From assembly GCA_040904565.1 (NCBI GenBank), contig JBBDTI010000013.1, positions 32,001 to 96,000 of the forward strand: DNA of 64,000 nt, in the 5' to 3' direction. Origin of the DNA: Rhodothermales bacterium (GTDB lineage: Bacteria; Bacteroidota; Rhodothermia; Rhodothermales; VXPQ01). The number at the start of each line of letters is the position of its first letter. The stretch's first letter is position 1. Below are positions 46,722 to 56,884 of the stretch, piece by piece. The notes under the pieces are model-generated. The model was not told where the DNA came from. It ran no database searches and was given only the letters and a program-made list of their open reading frames with translations. The position numbers and the translations under genes are program-made.

Positions 46722-47762
46722 ATGATCCCACCGCTGCGATGGAATGACCGGAACGTCAGCGTGCGTCTGCTGGATCAGACGCGCCTGCCTACAGAGGAAA
46801 TCTGGCTGGAGTTAACGACGCCGGAAGAGATGGCCGAGGCGATTCGGAGCCTGCGCATTCGGGGCGCCCCTGCGATCGGTATAGCGGCGGCCTATGGCGT
46901 CGTCCTCGCGCTCCGAGACGGCGAAGGAGATCCGTACGAACGCGTTCAGCTGGCGGCCGACCTACTGGAGAGCACGCGTCCGACGGCGGTGAATCTCTTC
47001 TTTGCCTTGGAGCGGATGCGGATTGTGGCGCGGGCCCATCGAGACGCGGGGGAGGACGCACTGAGAGCACGGCTTCTGGAGGAAGCCTCCGCGCTATTCA
47101 GGGAAGATGTCGAGGCCGGAAAGCGGCTCGGCGAGCTGGGGCTGTCGTTGCTCCCAGAGAACGCCACGGTGCTGACGCATTGCCATACCGGCGGTGTCGC
47201 GACCTCGGGATACGGCACGGCGCTTGCGCCGCTGATCCTGTCGCGCGAGAAAGGGCAAACGCTGTCGGCGTATGTGGACGAGACGCGGCCGCTGCTTCAG
47301 GGCAGTCGAATTACCGCATGGGAGCTTCAGAAGGAGGGCGTGCCGGCGACCTTGATCGCCGATTCCGTGGCCGGTCACGTCATGCGGGACGGCCGCATCG
47401 ACGCCGTCGTGGTCGGCGCGGATCGCATCGCGGCGAACGGCGATGTGGCCAACAAGATCGGTACCTATTCGCTGGCCGTGCTGGCTCGTGCCCACGACAT
47501 CCCGTTCTACGTGTTCGCGCCGCGCTCGACCGTGGATCTCGACACGTCGACGGGTGATGAGATCGAGATCGAGGAACGGGCGGGAGAGGAAATCACGCAC
47601 GGTTTCGGACGCCAGACGGGTCCGGATGGAATCACTGTTTACAATCCTGCGTTCGACGTAACTCCTGCACGGCTCGTTTCGGCTATTATTACGGAGCACG
47701 GTATCGTACGTCCACCCTACAAACAGACGCTTCGCTCTCTTTTTGAAGAGGTAGTTGCATGA
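46722..47762 (+). CDS. mtnA: S-methyl-5-thioribose-1-phosphate isomerase
   Basis: 'LDQTRLP', 'RGAPAIG', 'RPTAVNL', 'LTHC.TG..AT.G.GTA', 'DETRPLLQG.R.TAWEL', 'GADRIAANGDVANKIGTY', 'NPAFDVTP'. Confidence 0.96.
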   Translation: MIPPLRWNDRNVSVRLLDQTRLPTEEIWLELTTPEEMAEAIRSLRIRGAPAIGIAAAYGVVLALRDGEGDPYERVQLAADLLESTRPTAVNLFFALERMRIVARAHRDAGEDALRARLLEEASALFREDVEAGKRLGELGLSLLPENATVLTHCHTGGVATSGYGTALAPLILSREKGQTLSAYVDETRPLLQGSRITAWELQKEGVPATLIADSVAGHVMRDGRIDAVVVGADRIAANGDVANKIGTYSLAVLARAHDIPFYVFAPRSTVDLDTSTGDEIEIEERAGEEITHGFGRQTGPDGITVYNPAFDVTPARLVSAIITEHGIVRPPYKQTLRSLFEEVVA

Positions 47763-48508
47763 AGAAGAATGACTGGATAGGGCTCGGTACGAGCGTCGGA
47801 CTGCACGCCGCGCTGTTGCTGCTCTTTACTTTTCTCACGGCGTCAGCACCGGATCAGCAGCAGCTGGGCTTCGTCGAGGTAGAGTTCGGGACCTTTTCGG
47901 AGGGACGCCCGGTCCAGCGGTCTACGGTCGAGCGACCGGATGCCGCCGAGGAAGAGGTCGACGAGCCGGAAACGCCTACGGAGGAGGCTTCTCCTCCTGA
48001 GGAAGCGCGGCCTGTCGATCTGCCCGATCAGCCGGATGACCTGCCGGACGAGGAGCAGATCACGGCGCCTGAGGCGGAGACCATCTCCCCCGAAGTACAG
48101 AACAACGAAGCGGACGTCGACGAGCCGGAGCCGGAGCCCGACGCTCAGCCGGTCCGTCCGCTCGGCAGCGGTTCGCTGGAGGGTTCGACGGGTAATGAGA
48201 CGGGTGCCGAAGGGGACGGGGCCGAAGAGCAGCGTGCCGCGCCGTTCGAGATCGAAGGACTTAACCGGGACGCCGTTTTCTCTCCACTTCCTGTCTACCG
48301 GGAACGTGTCAACGCTACGATTCGGGTGCAGATTACGGTTGATCCGCAGGGACGCATCGTGCGGCGATTCCCACTGATAAAGGGCAATCCTTCACTGGAG
48401 CAGGCTGCCATGGACGCGCTGCAGCGCTGGCGGTTTAACCCGCTTCCTCAGAACGCTCCCCAGGAAATGCAGACGGGCATCGTAACCTTCCGTTTCCGCC
48501 TCGAGTAG
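47759..48508 (+). CDS. TonB-family energy transducer
   Basis: N-terminal TM 'S..LH', acidic Pro-rich linker, TonB-C domain ('V.I.VD..G', 'A...WRF.P', 'G...F.F'). Confidence 0.85.
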   Translation: MKKNDWIGLGTSVGLHAALLLLFTFLTASAPDQQQLGFVEVEFGTFSEGRPVQRSTVERPDAAEEEVDEPETPTEEASPPEEARPVDLPDQPDDLPDEEQITAPEAETISPEVQNNEADVDEPEPEPDAQPVRPLGSGSLEGSTGNETGAEGDGAEEQRAAPFEIEGLNRDAVFSPLPVYRERVNATIRVQITVDPQGRIVRRFPLIKGNPSLEQAAMDALQRWRFNPLPQNAPQEMQTGIVTFRFRLE

Positions 48509-48516
48509 TTCGCTGT

Positions 48517-50079
48517 TTACGATCGCGCGGCATTCGCAAGCACTTTAGGAAACATGCTGCGCACGCGTCCGACCTCGTCCAGATACAGGCCCACGCCCAG
48601 GGCAGCGCCCTCGAAGCGCACGATCACGTAACCGGTATCCATGACCTGCTCCATCTGGTTCGCGGTCGGATAGAAGTCCACCCGCCGCATGTAATCCCGC
48701 GCCTGGGAGGTCGAGACGTCCAGGACGTTTTTCGTCGCGTGGCGTCCGAGCAGTCGGGCTCCGGCGGTCGTCAGCTTCGGATATCGGAGACCGACGCGAA
48801 TCAGCGGCATGCCGATGCTCACCGGATCCGGTCGCGCGATGATGGCGTGATCGTTGGAGACGACGGCCACGTATTTGTTGTTCGGTTGATGGAGCGTGAC
48901 CGCCGCCAGCGTCTCGGGAGGGATGCCGAATCGACGGGTGAGAAGGTCGGTCCATTTCCGTCTTTCGTCCGGTGCCAGCAGACCCGGCAGCGATTCCGAT
49001 TCGGCGTTGGAGGGCCCGTTTGCCGTCGACGTGGACATCGAGTTCGCCCCGGACGTAGGCACCGATGCCGTCCCGAAGTTCGATCTCGAATCTGCCGGCG
49101 ATGATTCTCGTGTGCGGTCGTGCGCACGAGGTGCGGCCGATGCATGGCTGCGTTTCTGCAGGAGGGCCACGAAGAACCCGCCGGTGTCGTTTTGATGCGG
49201 CCAGATCCGCATCGATTGCTCTAACGATTCGTCGAAGGCGCGCTCGCCCCATGTCGTCAGGCCGGAGGAGCACTCGAGCCCGTCTACGCGAGCAGGGACC
49301 ATCTCAACCTCACCCCCGAATTCGCGGAGCACGGCGTCGACGACCATTTCGTTCTCTTCCGGCGCATACGTACACGTAGCGTACGCTATGCGTCCGCCTG
49401 TCCGGCACAGCTGGACCGCCTTTCGGAGGATGGCCAGCTGTCGGCGGTGAAGGCGAAGCGAGGCGTCGCGGCCGGACTGCAGCAGGGCGTCGACGTGTTT
49501 TCGCGTGGTGCCTTCGCAGGTGCAGGGAACGTCGGCCAGCACGCGATCGAACCGCCCCACGCCGTCCGGCAGGTTACCGGCGTCGGAGGTAACGATGGTC
49601 GTATTCACGACGCCCAGGCGATCCAGTATTCCACGGGTCGCCCGCGTCCGCATGGCGTCCCGGTCGTTGCCCAGGATGGCACCCGTATTCTTCATGGCCG
49701 CGGCCATCTGGGCCGTCTTGTTGCCCGGTGCCGAACAGAGATCGATGACGCGCTCCGACGGTTCAGGTTCGAGCAGCCACACGGGCAGCAGGGACACTTC
49801 CTCCTGGATGTGATAGAGTCCGGCGAGAAAAGGCAGTGCGCGGCCGGCCTGTTTTGAAGGCGGCCCCTTGAACGCGCCCGGCAGCCAGTTGACCGGCCGT
49901 ACTTCGATCCCCTCGCGTTCCAGGTGTCGCGCCACCTCGTCGCGATCGCTGATGAGCGTGTTCGTCCACAAGCAGAGAGGCAGCGGCCTGGAGAGTGATT
50001 CGAGAAAGGCCTGCCAATCAGGTACGATGGATCGGTACCGTTCGAGGCGCTCCGCGGCAAGAATATCTGGTCTCTTCAT
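48517..50079 (-). CDS. RsmF/NOL1/NOP2-family RNA m5C methyltransferase
   Basis: 'IQEE.S', 'DLCSAPGNKT', 'DVPCTCEG', 'Y.TCT.APEENE', 'RIWPH..DTGGFF.A'; C-terminal PUA-like domain. Confidence 0.88.
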   Translation of the reverse strand: MKRPDILAAERLERYRSIVPDWQAFLESLSRPLPLCLWTNTLISDRDEVARHLEREGIEVRPVNWLPGAFKGPPSKQAGRALPFLAGLYHIQEEVSLLPVWLLEPEPSERVIDLCSAPGNKTAQMAAAMKNTGAILGNDRDAMRTRATRGILDRLGVVNTTIVTSDAGNLPDGVGRFDRVLADVPCTCEGTTRKHVDALLQSGRDASLRLHRRQLAILRKAVQLCRTGGRIAYATCTYAPEENEMVVDAVLREFGGEVEMVPARVDGLECSSGLTTWGERAFDESLEQSMRIWPHQNDTGGFFVALLQKRSHASAAPRAHDRTRESSPADSRSNFGTASVPTSGANSMSTSTANGPSNAESESLPGLLAPDERRKWTDLLTRRFGIPPETLAAVTLHQPNNKYVAVVSNDHAIIARPDPVSIGMPLIRVGLRYPKLTTAGARLLGRHATKNVLDVSTSQARDYMRRVDFYPTANQMEQVMDTGYVIVRFEGAALGVGLYLDEVGRVRSMFPKVLANAARS

Positions 50080-50147
50080 CGCGCAACGGAAACGCAGAGC
50101 CGGGGATGCGGATCCGCCGGCAGTCCACAGCGTCGATGCGAGACGCG

Positions 50148-52184
50148 CTAAAAACCGGCGAGGGACGTGGCGTGCAATCGGACGGAAACGTGCAGGGCCA
50201 TGTGATGGACCGCACCGGCCGGGTGGTATCGTATGGGTTCGTCGAGCACGTTTCGCAGCGCGAGCGAGAGCGTCACGTGGTCCTTCAACATGCGTTTGGT
50301 GGCCGCGACATCCACCAGAAAATATTCGGATAGTTCAGCGTCGGCGGGGCTTCGGGAGGCGGCATCCTCGAAGCCGGGCCAGGAAGATGCGGAGGTGTAT
50401 CTTATGTGGGTGGAAAGAAAGAAGCGATCGAGGAAGGCTAGTCTCGCAGCGTACGTAATGCGCTGTTGGGGAATCCGCTCGAAGGCCTCGCGGCTGGTCT
50501 CGTCGCCCGAAATCATCGATTCGAAGGTATACGATAGAGCATGCCGGAAGGAGGGCCCGTGGGCGTGCCGCAGAGATATGTCTATGCCTCCCCTCGTCGC
50601 GGACACGTTTGCGTCCACCGTCGTACGTACGTCGAAGCCGTGTGAGGTCGGATTGAATGCACGCTCGTACACGGGCAGGTAATCTCCCCATGTCTGCCGA
50701 AAGAAGCCTCGAAGGTCGAGAGTGACTCGGTTCGGAAGGCGGCTCGACCAAGCCGCGTCGAGGGTAACGAGACGGGGCAGGGGACGCCCTTTCAGAGAAT
50801 CTAACCGGACGGCATCTGCGAGCGGAAGTTGGTAGTCACGCTCTATCCAGGTCCAAAGCCCATGGTCGTCGGGCAAGACGTGTCCAGCCGAACCCGTCAG
50901 CACGAGGGCGTGGCCGGGCCCCGTCCGAACGTCGGCCGTCGCGTAGCCGGTGATGCCGCGTTGGACGCCGCGCTGACTCCATTCGACGAGGAGCTGCTGA
51001 CGCCATTGGGGGCGAACGGCTACGTCGATGCCTGCGAACAGTCTCGTCGTAAGCAGGCGCCTGTTTCCCGCGTGAGATTGTGTGGGTCGAGGCGGGTCTT
51101 CTCCCAGACGATTCGATACCGCCGTGGTAGAGCGCAGTCCGCCACCGAGTCGCAGGACGTGAATTCGGGCATCCGTCTCGACCTGGTAGTGTTGCTGAGA
51201 CCAATCCGGATCGACCGCGTCGCCTGCTCCGCGCGGGCCAAGCTCGTGGCGTGCGTACGATGCGGCATACCGAAGACGTCCGCCGTTGAAGGCTGCGCGG
51301 CCCGAGCCCCCGGCAACGACGAATCGATGCTCGGCCGGCATCTCGAGGCCGACCGATTCGAAAAAGAGAAGGTCCTCCGTGTCGGTCAGACCTATCAGGA
51401 ACTGATGCCGGAAGTCCTCGGGCCCGACCGAGCCCGTAAGGCCGATGGATGAGGCATCGATGCGCGGTTTCGAATCGATGTCGTACAGGTGCCGGGTGCG
51501 GTCGATCAGTACGGCGTCCGTCACGTGGGTCTCCGCGAACCGTCCGGCGGCGCGGGCCGACCATCGCCCCGGATTTACGCTGACGGATGCCGCGCCGATG
51601 GGTCCGATGCGGTCGACGTTGGGGCCGCCGTCGCCCGTGTAGCGGAACGGGCCCGGGTCGTTGATCTCGTTGGCTGCCGCCACGATCCCGTCGAAGGAGA
51701 GGCCGCGGTCCGGCGGCCGGGTCGTGATGCGAATCGAGCCGGAGCGCGAAAACGTGGGGCGGTCGAGATTGGGGACGGAGACCAGTTCGATGCACGCTAC
51801 GTCAAACATCGTAACGGGGAGTGCATTGAGCTGGCTTCGACCAAGGAGGCGGGTGCCGACCGGCACGTCGTTCACGTACACGTCCCACCGCTCGACGCCG
51901 GCAGCGAGTCCGGGCGGCGAAGCGGCCCAGTGATATCCGTCGATACTGGTGGCGTGCCACCGTGTGGACAGCCTGAACACGTCCGAGAGGTGGGTGAGTC
52001 CGTATGCGGCAATGTCTTCCCGGGTAAAGACCTCCGATCCCGGCCCACCCGTGCACCCATCGGCGAATGGGGCGCGGACCGCCGCGGGGTCGCCATGCTG
52101 CGGTCTCGCCGCCGCGACGAACGCGAGGGCGCTCGCGAGGATGAGTGCGATCGCTCGCGGGATGTAAACGGTGAGTGAAGGCAT
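50148..52184 (-). CDS. TonB-dependent receptor-like outer-membrane protein (divergent)
   Basis: Signal peptide; plug-like 'VFTREDI...G...LSD', 'VYVND.PV', 'IELV', 'G.I.ITT'; C-terminal 'L..RN.LD..Y.P.G' and beta-strand periodicity. Confidence 0.65.
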   Translation of the reverse strand: MPSLTVYIPRAIALILASALAFVAAARPQHGDPAAVRAPFADGCTGGPGSEVFTREDIAAYGLTHLSDVFRLSTRWHATSIDGYHWAASPPGLAAGVERWDVYVNDVPVGTRLLGRSQLNALPVTMFDVACIELVSVPNLDRPTFSRSGSIRITTRPPDRGLSFDGIVAAANEINDPGPFRYTGDGGPNVDRIGPIGAASVSVNPGRWSARAAGRFAETHVTDAVLIDRTRHLYDIDSKPRIDASSIGLTGSVGPEDFRHQFLIGLTDTEDLLFFESVGLEMPAEHRFVVAGGSGRAAFNGGRLRYAASYARHELGPRGAGDAVDPDWSQQHYQVETDARIHVLRLGGGLRSTTAVSNRLGEDPPRPTQSHAGNRRLLTTRLFAGIDVAVRPQWRQQLLVEWSQRGVQRGITGYATADVRTGPGHALVLTGSAGHVLPDDHGLWTWIERDYQLPLADAVRLDSLKGRPLPRLVTLDAAWSSRLPNRVTLDLRGFFRQTWGDYLPVYERAFNPTSHGFDVRTTVDANVSATRGGIDISLRHAHGPSFRHALSYTFESMISGDETSREAFERIPQQRITYAARLAFLDRFFLSTHIRYTSASSWPGFEDAASRSPADAELSEYFLVDVAATKRMLKDHVTLSLALRNVLDEPIRYHPAGAVHHMALHVSVRLHATSLAGF

Positions 52185-52200
52185 GCCCGGTCGGATTCAG

Positions 52201-52848
52201 CTATCGGAGGAGCGTTACGAGCCATTCGGGACTCTCGAGTGAGATGGCCAATCCGCCCGAGAGGTATGCCAAATCGAGGCGTGGTGCCGTGTACGTCCGG
52301 TTGTAACGACCGGCGATGTAGACGTTCAGCGCGGGCGTAAGGTGTACGTCGATCCGGGTCTGGAGTCCGATGCTGAGCTCGCTCTCGTTGCGTATGCCGG
52401 GAAAGGTTTCTTCGTCGAAGGCCATGCGGTAGCTGCCTACGCGCATCCCGTTGTACCAGGAGAAGCTCTCCGCCGGTGCTAGCCGTACGCCCCAGCCCAC
52501 GAAGGCCATGAGGGCATCGAAGCGGGGTACGTCGGTCGTCTGAGCGTCGTATCGGTGGAAGGCGGCGCCGGCCTCCGCCTCGCCGAAATAAAACGGGGTA
52601 GAAACGGATAAATGGCCGCCGCGACCCGGTTTCCAATCAGGCAGGAGACGGGGGCTGTGGATGGTGGCATCGGCGCCTCCGGAGATGGTAATTCGAGAGA
52701 AGGCGGACTGACCGACGACCGTTCCGGGTACGAGGATGATAAGGCTGAGGAAGAGATGCCGGACGAACAGGCGGCGTAGATGCCCGTAGCCGTCGAGGCG
52801 CTTCGGAACCGGGATGAGACCGTGCATGTCAGTGGGAAACGCTGTCAC
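52201..52848 (-). CDS. Small outer-membrane beta-barrel-like hypothetical protein
   Basis: Signal-like hydrophobic stretch followed by about 8 amphipathic strands. Start is uncertain. Confidence 0.5.
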   Translation of the reverse strand: MTAFPTDMHGLIPVPKRLDGYGHLRRLFVRHLFLSLIILVPGTVVGQSAFSRITISGGADATIHSPRLLPDWKPGRGGHLSVSTPFYFGEAEAGAAFHRYDAQTTDVPRFDALMAFVGWGVRLAPAESFSWYNGMRVGSYRMAFDEETFPGIRNESELSIGLQTRIDVHLTPALNVYIAGRYNRTYTAPRLDLAYLSGGLAISLESPEWLVTLLR

Positions 52849-54418
52849 CGGCGGTCAACCGCGTGGTGAGCGCGACGGTCATCGTGAAGACGGTCCGATC
52901 GTTGGACCGGATGTTGCGCTCGTTCCTGATGAAGGCCGGGCCGGCATCCAACTGCAACCACCACGTACGGCCGTGCTGGAGCCGGAGCTGAAGAGCCGGG
53001 CGGATGACCTGCGCTACGGTACCGAGGAGAATGGTATCGGCGTGGTCCTGTGAGTCCGGATACGGCATGTGGATCTCGCCGGCACCCTGGAATAGTACGT
53101 CTATGCGGGGTGTTACGGCCACGTCGAGATGCCAAGGCACAAAATATACCGTGGAATATGCTCCAGCCTGAGCGTAATCCGTGTACGGTGCACCGAGGCC
53201 GCGCAGCAGGTGCGTGTATCGCCCTTCCGGCTGGTGTGTGTTGTAGGTGCGCGTGGCCACGGCGGTGAGGTCGGCGCCGAGGTCGGCGCGTTCGAGTCCC
53301 GCGAAGACGACATTGCCGCTGAGAGCGACGGCAGCGGGTTCGCCGGTCGTCCTTGCGATGTCGAGATCGTCCACCAGGAGCTGGCCCTGAAGGGTCCACC
53401 TTCCGGCGTGAAGCCAGAGCATGCCCGCCAGGATCCCGTTGTTTTCGTCGTTTTTGGGGCGTCCGTCGACGGCGAAGGCGTGGAGCGCGAGCGGATTGAG
53501 GTACTTCAACGACAGGCCCGACGTGGCGCTCGAATAGACGGTGGATTCCATGAGGGAAACGGCTACGTGACGCGACGGTCGCCAGTCGAATCGATGTGCG
53601 GAGACGAAGCGGCGTATGGACGAGCCCACGCTGTCGGCGCCGGCCGCGCCGGTAAAGCGACCGTCCCCCGTCATGCTGTCGAGCTCACCGAGGATGCTCC
53701 GGATGCCAAAGCGGCGACTGCCGAGACGAAGATAGAGCTGGTCGTAGCCGGCCGGGTTGTCACTGATCAACAGCCCCGTCTCGCCCCGAGGGGCCCAGTG
53801 GTGACTGAGACGACCGACGTAAGCAGAGACAAACCGCGTATCGATACCGGCGTAGGCATCTTCATTGCGCGTGATGAGTCGGTTGGCCGCGGCCAGGCCG
53901 TCCGGATCATCGCGATAGAACAGGTCGAAACGGAGTCCGGCCTGGGCGACGATCGGTCCGTACTCGGCGAAAAGGCGCCCCGACACGTTGGGAAAGACGC
54001 TTATGGAGCCGGCTTCGAGTGTTGCTTCCCCGTCGAAGGCGGGGCGCAGCGGATCCAGACGGGGCGAGGTACTCAGGCGCGCTCCAGGCTGGAGCTCCGC
54101 CCCGAAGACGGTGCGGCGACGGGAAGCGTCACGGGAAAACTCGCCCGTCAGCGCATCGAACCAGCGCCGGGACGGCCCGGTTAACGTCTTGGTATCCACC
54201 GCATCAAGAGCCGACTCGACCTCGCCGTATGTATACGGCAAGGCGGTGGGATGTAGGGAGAGCAGATGTCCGCGCCGCTGGAGACGATCGATGTAGTCGT
54301 AGGCATAGCTGTCGAGCGGGACGAGACGATGCGACTGTCCCGCTGCGCCCGTGGTCGTCCACAGGAGGGCCAGCAAGATCAGTATCGAGAGGCGGCACGG
54401 TTTGCTGGACACGGGCAT
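52829..54418 (-). CDS. Capsule assembly Wzi-like outer-membrane protein
   Basis: Signal peptide from MPVSS; 'Y.YI.RL..RG...L.....PY', 'GR...HW.P....L.ISDN', 'AHR', 'YLNP', 'Y.Q.L.DD'-like motifs. Confidence 0.7.
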   Translation of the reverse strand: MPVSSKPCRLSILILLALLWTTTGAAGQSHRLVPLDSYAYDYIDRLQRRGHLLSLHPTALPYTYGEVESALDAVDTKTLTGPSRRWFDALTGEFSRDASRRRTVFGAELQPGARLSTSPRLDPLRPAFDGEATLEAGSISVFPNVSGRLFAEYGPIVAQAGLRFDLFYRDDPDGLAAANRLITRNEDAYAGIDTRFVSAYVGRLSHHWAPRGETGLLISDNPAGYDQLYLRLGSRRFGIRSILGELDSMTGDGRFTGAAGADSVGSSIRRFVSAHRFDWRPSRHVAVSLMESTVYSSATSGLSLKYLNPLALHAFAVDGRPKNDENNGILAGMLWLHAGRWTLQGQLLVDDLDIARTTGEPAAVALSGNVVFAGLERADLGADLTAVATRTYNTHQPEGRYTHLLRGLGAPYTDYAQAGAYSTVYFVPWHLDVAVTPRIDVLFQGAGEIHMPYPDSQDHADTILLGTVAQVIRPALQLRLQHGRTWWLQLDAGPAFIRNERNIRSNDRTVFTMTVALTTRLTAGDSVSH

Positions 54419-54680
54419 AGGCGATTGGGAGGGTCGTCGTCGCGTGAAAGTAGGCTGAATCCGGTCGAGATGCCAAGATTCGCATGTAGCGGGAAGCGGC
54501 ATACGGCGGTAGACGGGAGGTACATAGCGATGACAAACGGCGCTTGTTTCGATCTCCGGCAGTCGATATGTTCTCAAGACGCAAGCGAACGTCGAATCAA
54601 CCTGCCGAAGGCCGCCGGAAACACCGCTACCGTACACACCAGCAATTCGTTCATGTTCAGGTAGAGGGACGGTACCTTTC

Positions 54681-56135
54681 TTGTCGCGCAAAACCGAGCT
54701 CATAGCGCTGATACTGGCCGATATTACGGCATTCAGTGCAGCCAACGTATTGTTGTTCCTGGCTCGATTTGTATGGGACTGGTTCGGAGCGCCGGGGGTC
54801 GCACCGCCGTGGATCGCCCTGCCGCTGGCGGTGCTCTCCGTCTTCTGGCTCTGCATCTTCCTCTTTTTCGGAATGTACCGGGAAAGATACGCGGACAGCC
54901 GGTTCGACGAGCTCGTCTCCGTGACGAAGGTCGTCACGGTGGGTGTGCTCGTCCTCGTATTCGCCATCTTCATAGAGACGCTCGAGCCGGGAGCCACGCG
55001 GAGCCTGATTTTCTTCTACTGGGCGGCAATTCTCACGCTCGTCTCCGCCGGCCGGATCGTCGTGCGATCCGTCCAAAAGGCGCTAATCCTGCGCGGCAAG
55101 GGTCTGCACAAGGCGCTGGTAGTGGGATGGACGGACCGCGTAGAGCAGCTTTATGAAGAGGTTGCCCGCTATCCTGAAGCGGGGTTGCGTATCGTAGGGG
55201 CCATCCGGATGCGCAGGCTCGACGAGCCGGCGACGGTAGCAGGCGGGGAGACGGCCTCGTACGCCATCGCCAATGGAGACGAGACGTTCGAACGAGTGAC
55301 GGGGGAGGCGGACGTGCACTCGATCGAGTCCCTGCCGCGCCTGATCGATAAGCTCGAGGTACAGGACGTGCTCATCGCTCTCGGCTCCGAAGACCATCGC
55401 CCGTTGATGGACGTGCTGCGCCTGTGCGACGGTAAAGCGGTTTCCCTCAAGCTCATACCTGATTTCTATACGCTGATCGGCGGGATGGCGCGTACGGAAC
55501 ACATGTACGGCCTTCCGCTCATCGAGGTGCTCCCTGAACCGATGCCGGCGTGGGAGGAGAGTACGAAGCGCTTGATCGATATCGTCGTATCGCTGTTCGT
55601 CCTGGTCACCGGACTGCCGATCTGGGCGTCGATTGCCGTACTGATTCGGACCACCTCGGAGGGTCCGGCTATCTACCAGCAGCGGCGCGTGGGGCAGCAT
55701 GGCCGCCAGTTTACCATGTACAAGTTTCGAACGATGCGCCAGGACGCCGAACTGGAGACGGGACCGGTTTGGGCCCTGGAGAACGATCCACGGTACACTC
55801 GCCTGGGCAGCTGGTTGCGGAAGACGCGCGTCGATGAGATTCCGCAGTTCTGGAACGTGCTGAAAGGCGACATGAGCCTCGTAGGTCCGCGGCCGGAGCG
55901 ACCGTATTTCGTCGAGAAGCTGGCCGAGGAAATTCCGCTCTACAACCGCCGTCATCGCGTCAAGCCCGGCATTACGGGATGGGCTCAGGTCAAGTGGAAA
56001 TACGACGAAAGCCTGGACGACGTGCGCCAAAAGGTCAAGTACGACCTGTTTTATATCGAGAACGTCAACCTGCGAATGGACTTCAAGATTCTCTTTCGGA
56101 CGATCCGGACGGCACTGCTCGGGAAGGGGCGGTAA
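54681..56135 (+). CDS. Undecaprenyl-phosphate sugar phosphotransferase (WcaJ/WbaP family)
   Basis: 4 TM + CoA-binding-like domain + 'KR..DI', 'YKFRTM', 'DE.PQF.NVLKGDMSLVGPRPERP', 'KPGITGWAQV', 'YDL.YIEN'. Confidence 0.93.
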   Translation: MSRKTELIALILADITAFSAANVLLFLARFVWDWFGAPGVAPPWIALPLAVLSVFWLCIFLFFGMYRERYADSRFDELVSVTKVVTVGVLVLVFAIFIETLEPGATRSLIFFYWAAILTLVSAGRIVVRSVQKALILRGKGLHKALVVGWTDRVEQLYEEVARYPEAGLRIVGAIRMRRLDEPATVAGGETASYAIANGDETFERVTGEADVHSIESLPRLIDKLEVQDVLIALGSEDHRPLMDVLRLCDGKAVSLKLIPDFYTLIGGMARTEHMYGLPLIEVLPEPMPAWEESTKRLIDIVVSLFVLVTGLPIWASIAVLIRTTSEGPAIYQQRRVGQHGRQFTMYKFRTMRQDAELETGPVWALENDPRYTRLGSWLRKTRVDEIPQFWNVLKGDMSLVGPRPERPYFVEKLAEEIPLYNRRHRVKPGITGWAQVKWKYDESLDDVRQKVKYDLFYIENVNLRMDFKILFRTIRTALLGKGR

Positions 56136-56375
56136 CCGTGCAGCGTCGAGTCATCCCGTTCGGCAGCCCGCGACCACGTTCATCCGAACCTGCTGCCCGT
56201 CGGTGCTCCCGAACTGTCTGAAATAAGCGCTATATTCGGCCGCGATCTATTAATATCTATCAACGATGCCTGGCCGTATTGCACCGTGACGGCGCTTCAA
56301 CGTTTGCGTGGCGTTCGCCGCGGTCTTCCGCAGCCCGTGTCGTATCGACAGCATTTCGAAATAGTAGACTGGATC

Positions 56376-56858
56376 ATGCCTGACTCAACTAACGGGATGC
56401 CGGAGCCGGGTGCGACGGCCCCCAGCTTCGAAGGCAAGACACAATTCGGTGATACCGTGCACCTCGGCGACTATACGGGGAAGAAGGTGGCGCTCTATTT
56501 CTATCCGAAGGACGATACCCCCGGATGTACGAAGCAGGCGTGCAATCTACGGGACGATTACCAGACACTGCTGGACAGTGACATCGCCGTCATCGGGGTG
56601 TCCGCTGACGATGCGGAATCACACCAGGCGTTTGCCGAGAAGTACGACCTTCCGTTTCCGCTGGTGGCGGACACGGATAAGGAGATCATCAACGCGTACG
56701 GCGTCTGGGGCGAGAAAAACTTCTATGGGAACAAGAAGATGGGCATCAAGCGGACGACGTTCCTGATCGACGAAGACGGGACGATCGTCCACGTGTTCAA
56801 GCGGCCGAAGGTCAAGGAACACAGCCGGGAGATCATGGAGAAGTTTGCAGCGGCGTGA
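56376..56858 (+). CDS. bcp: Thioredoxin-dependent peroxiredoxin Bcp
   Basis: 'LYFYPKDDTPGCTKQAC', 'SH..F..KY.LPF.L', 'YGVWGEK..YG...MG..R.TFLID'. Confidence 0.93.
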   Translation: MPDSTNGMPEPGATAPSFEGKTQFGDTVHLGDYTGKKVALYFYPKDDTPGCTKQACNLRDDYQTLLDSDIAVIGVSADDAESHQAFAEKYDLPFPLVADTDKEIINAYGVWGEKNFYGNKKMGIKRTTFLIDEDGTIVHVFKRPKVKEHSREIMEKFAAA

Positions 56859-56884
56859 CGCGTGCGGCAACGCCGTTCGCCATC

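Noticed and set aside
30197-50079. Three RNA m5C methyltransferases within 20 kb as a system
   Set aside because: They are ordinary housekeeping families in separate transcription units. The ~50-aa Ser/Ala linker in the RsmF-like protein looks like a simple variable linker.
54505-54512. GGCGGTAG ops-like core upstream of the WcaJ-like gene
   Set aside because: The same octamer also occurs inside coding regions here (e.g. near 11427, 12272, 24864). The downstream TG of ops is missing and no RfaH/UpxY gene is seen.
54419-54997. N-terminal 193-aa extension of the Wzi-like ORF in the ORF track
   Set aside because: It overlaps the WcaJ-like gene on the other strand. The signal peptide begins at MPVSS (54418).
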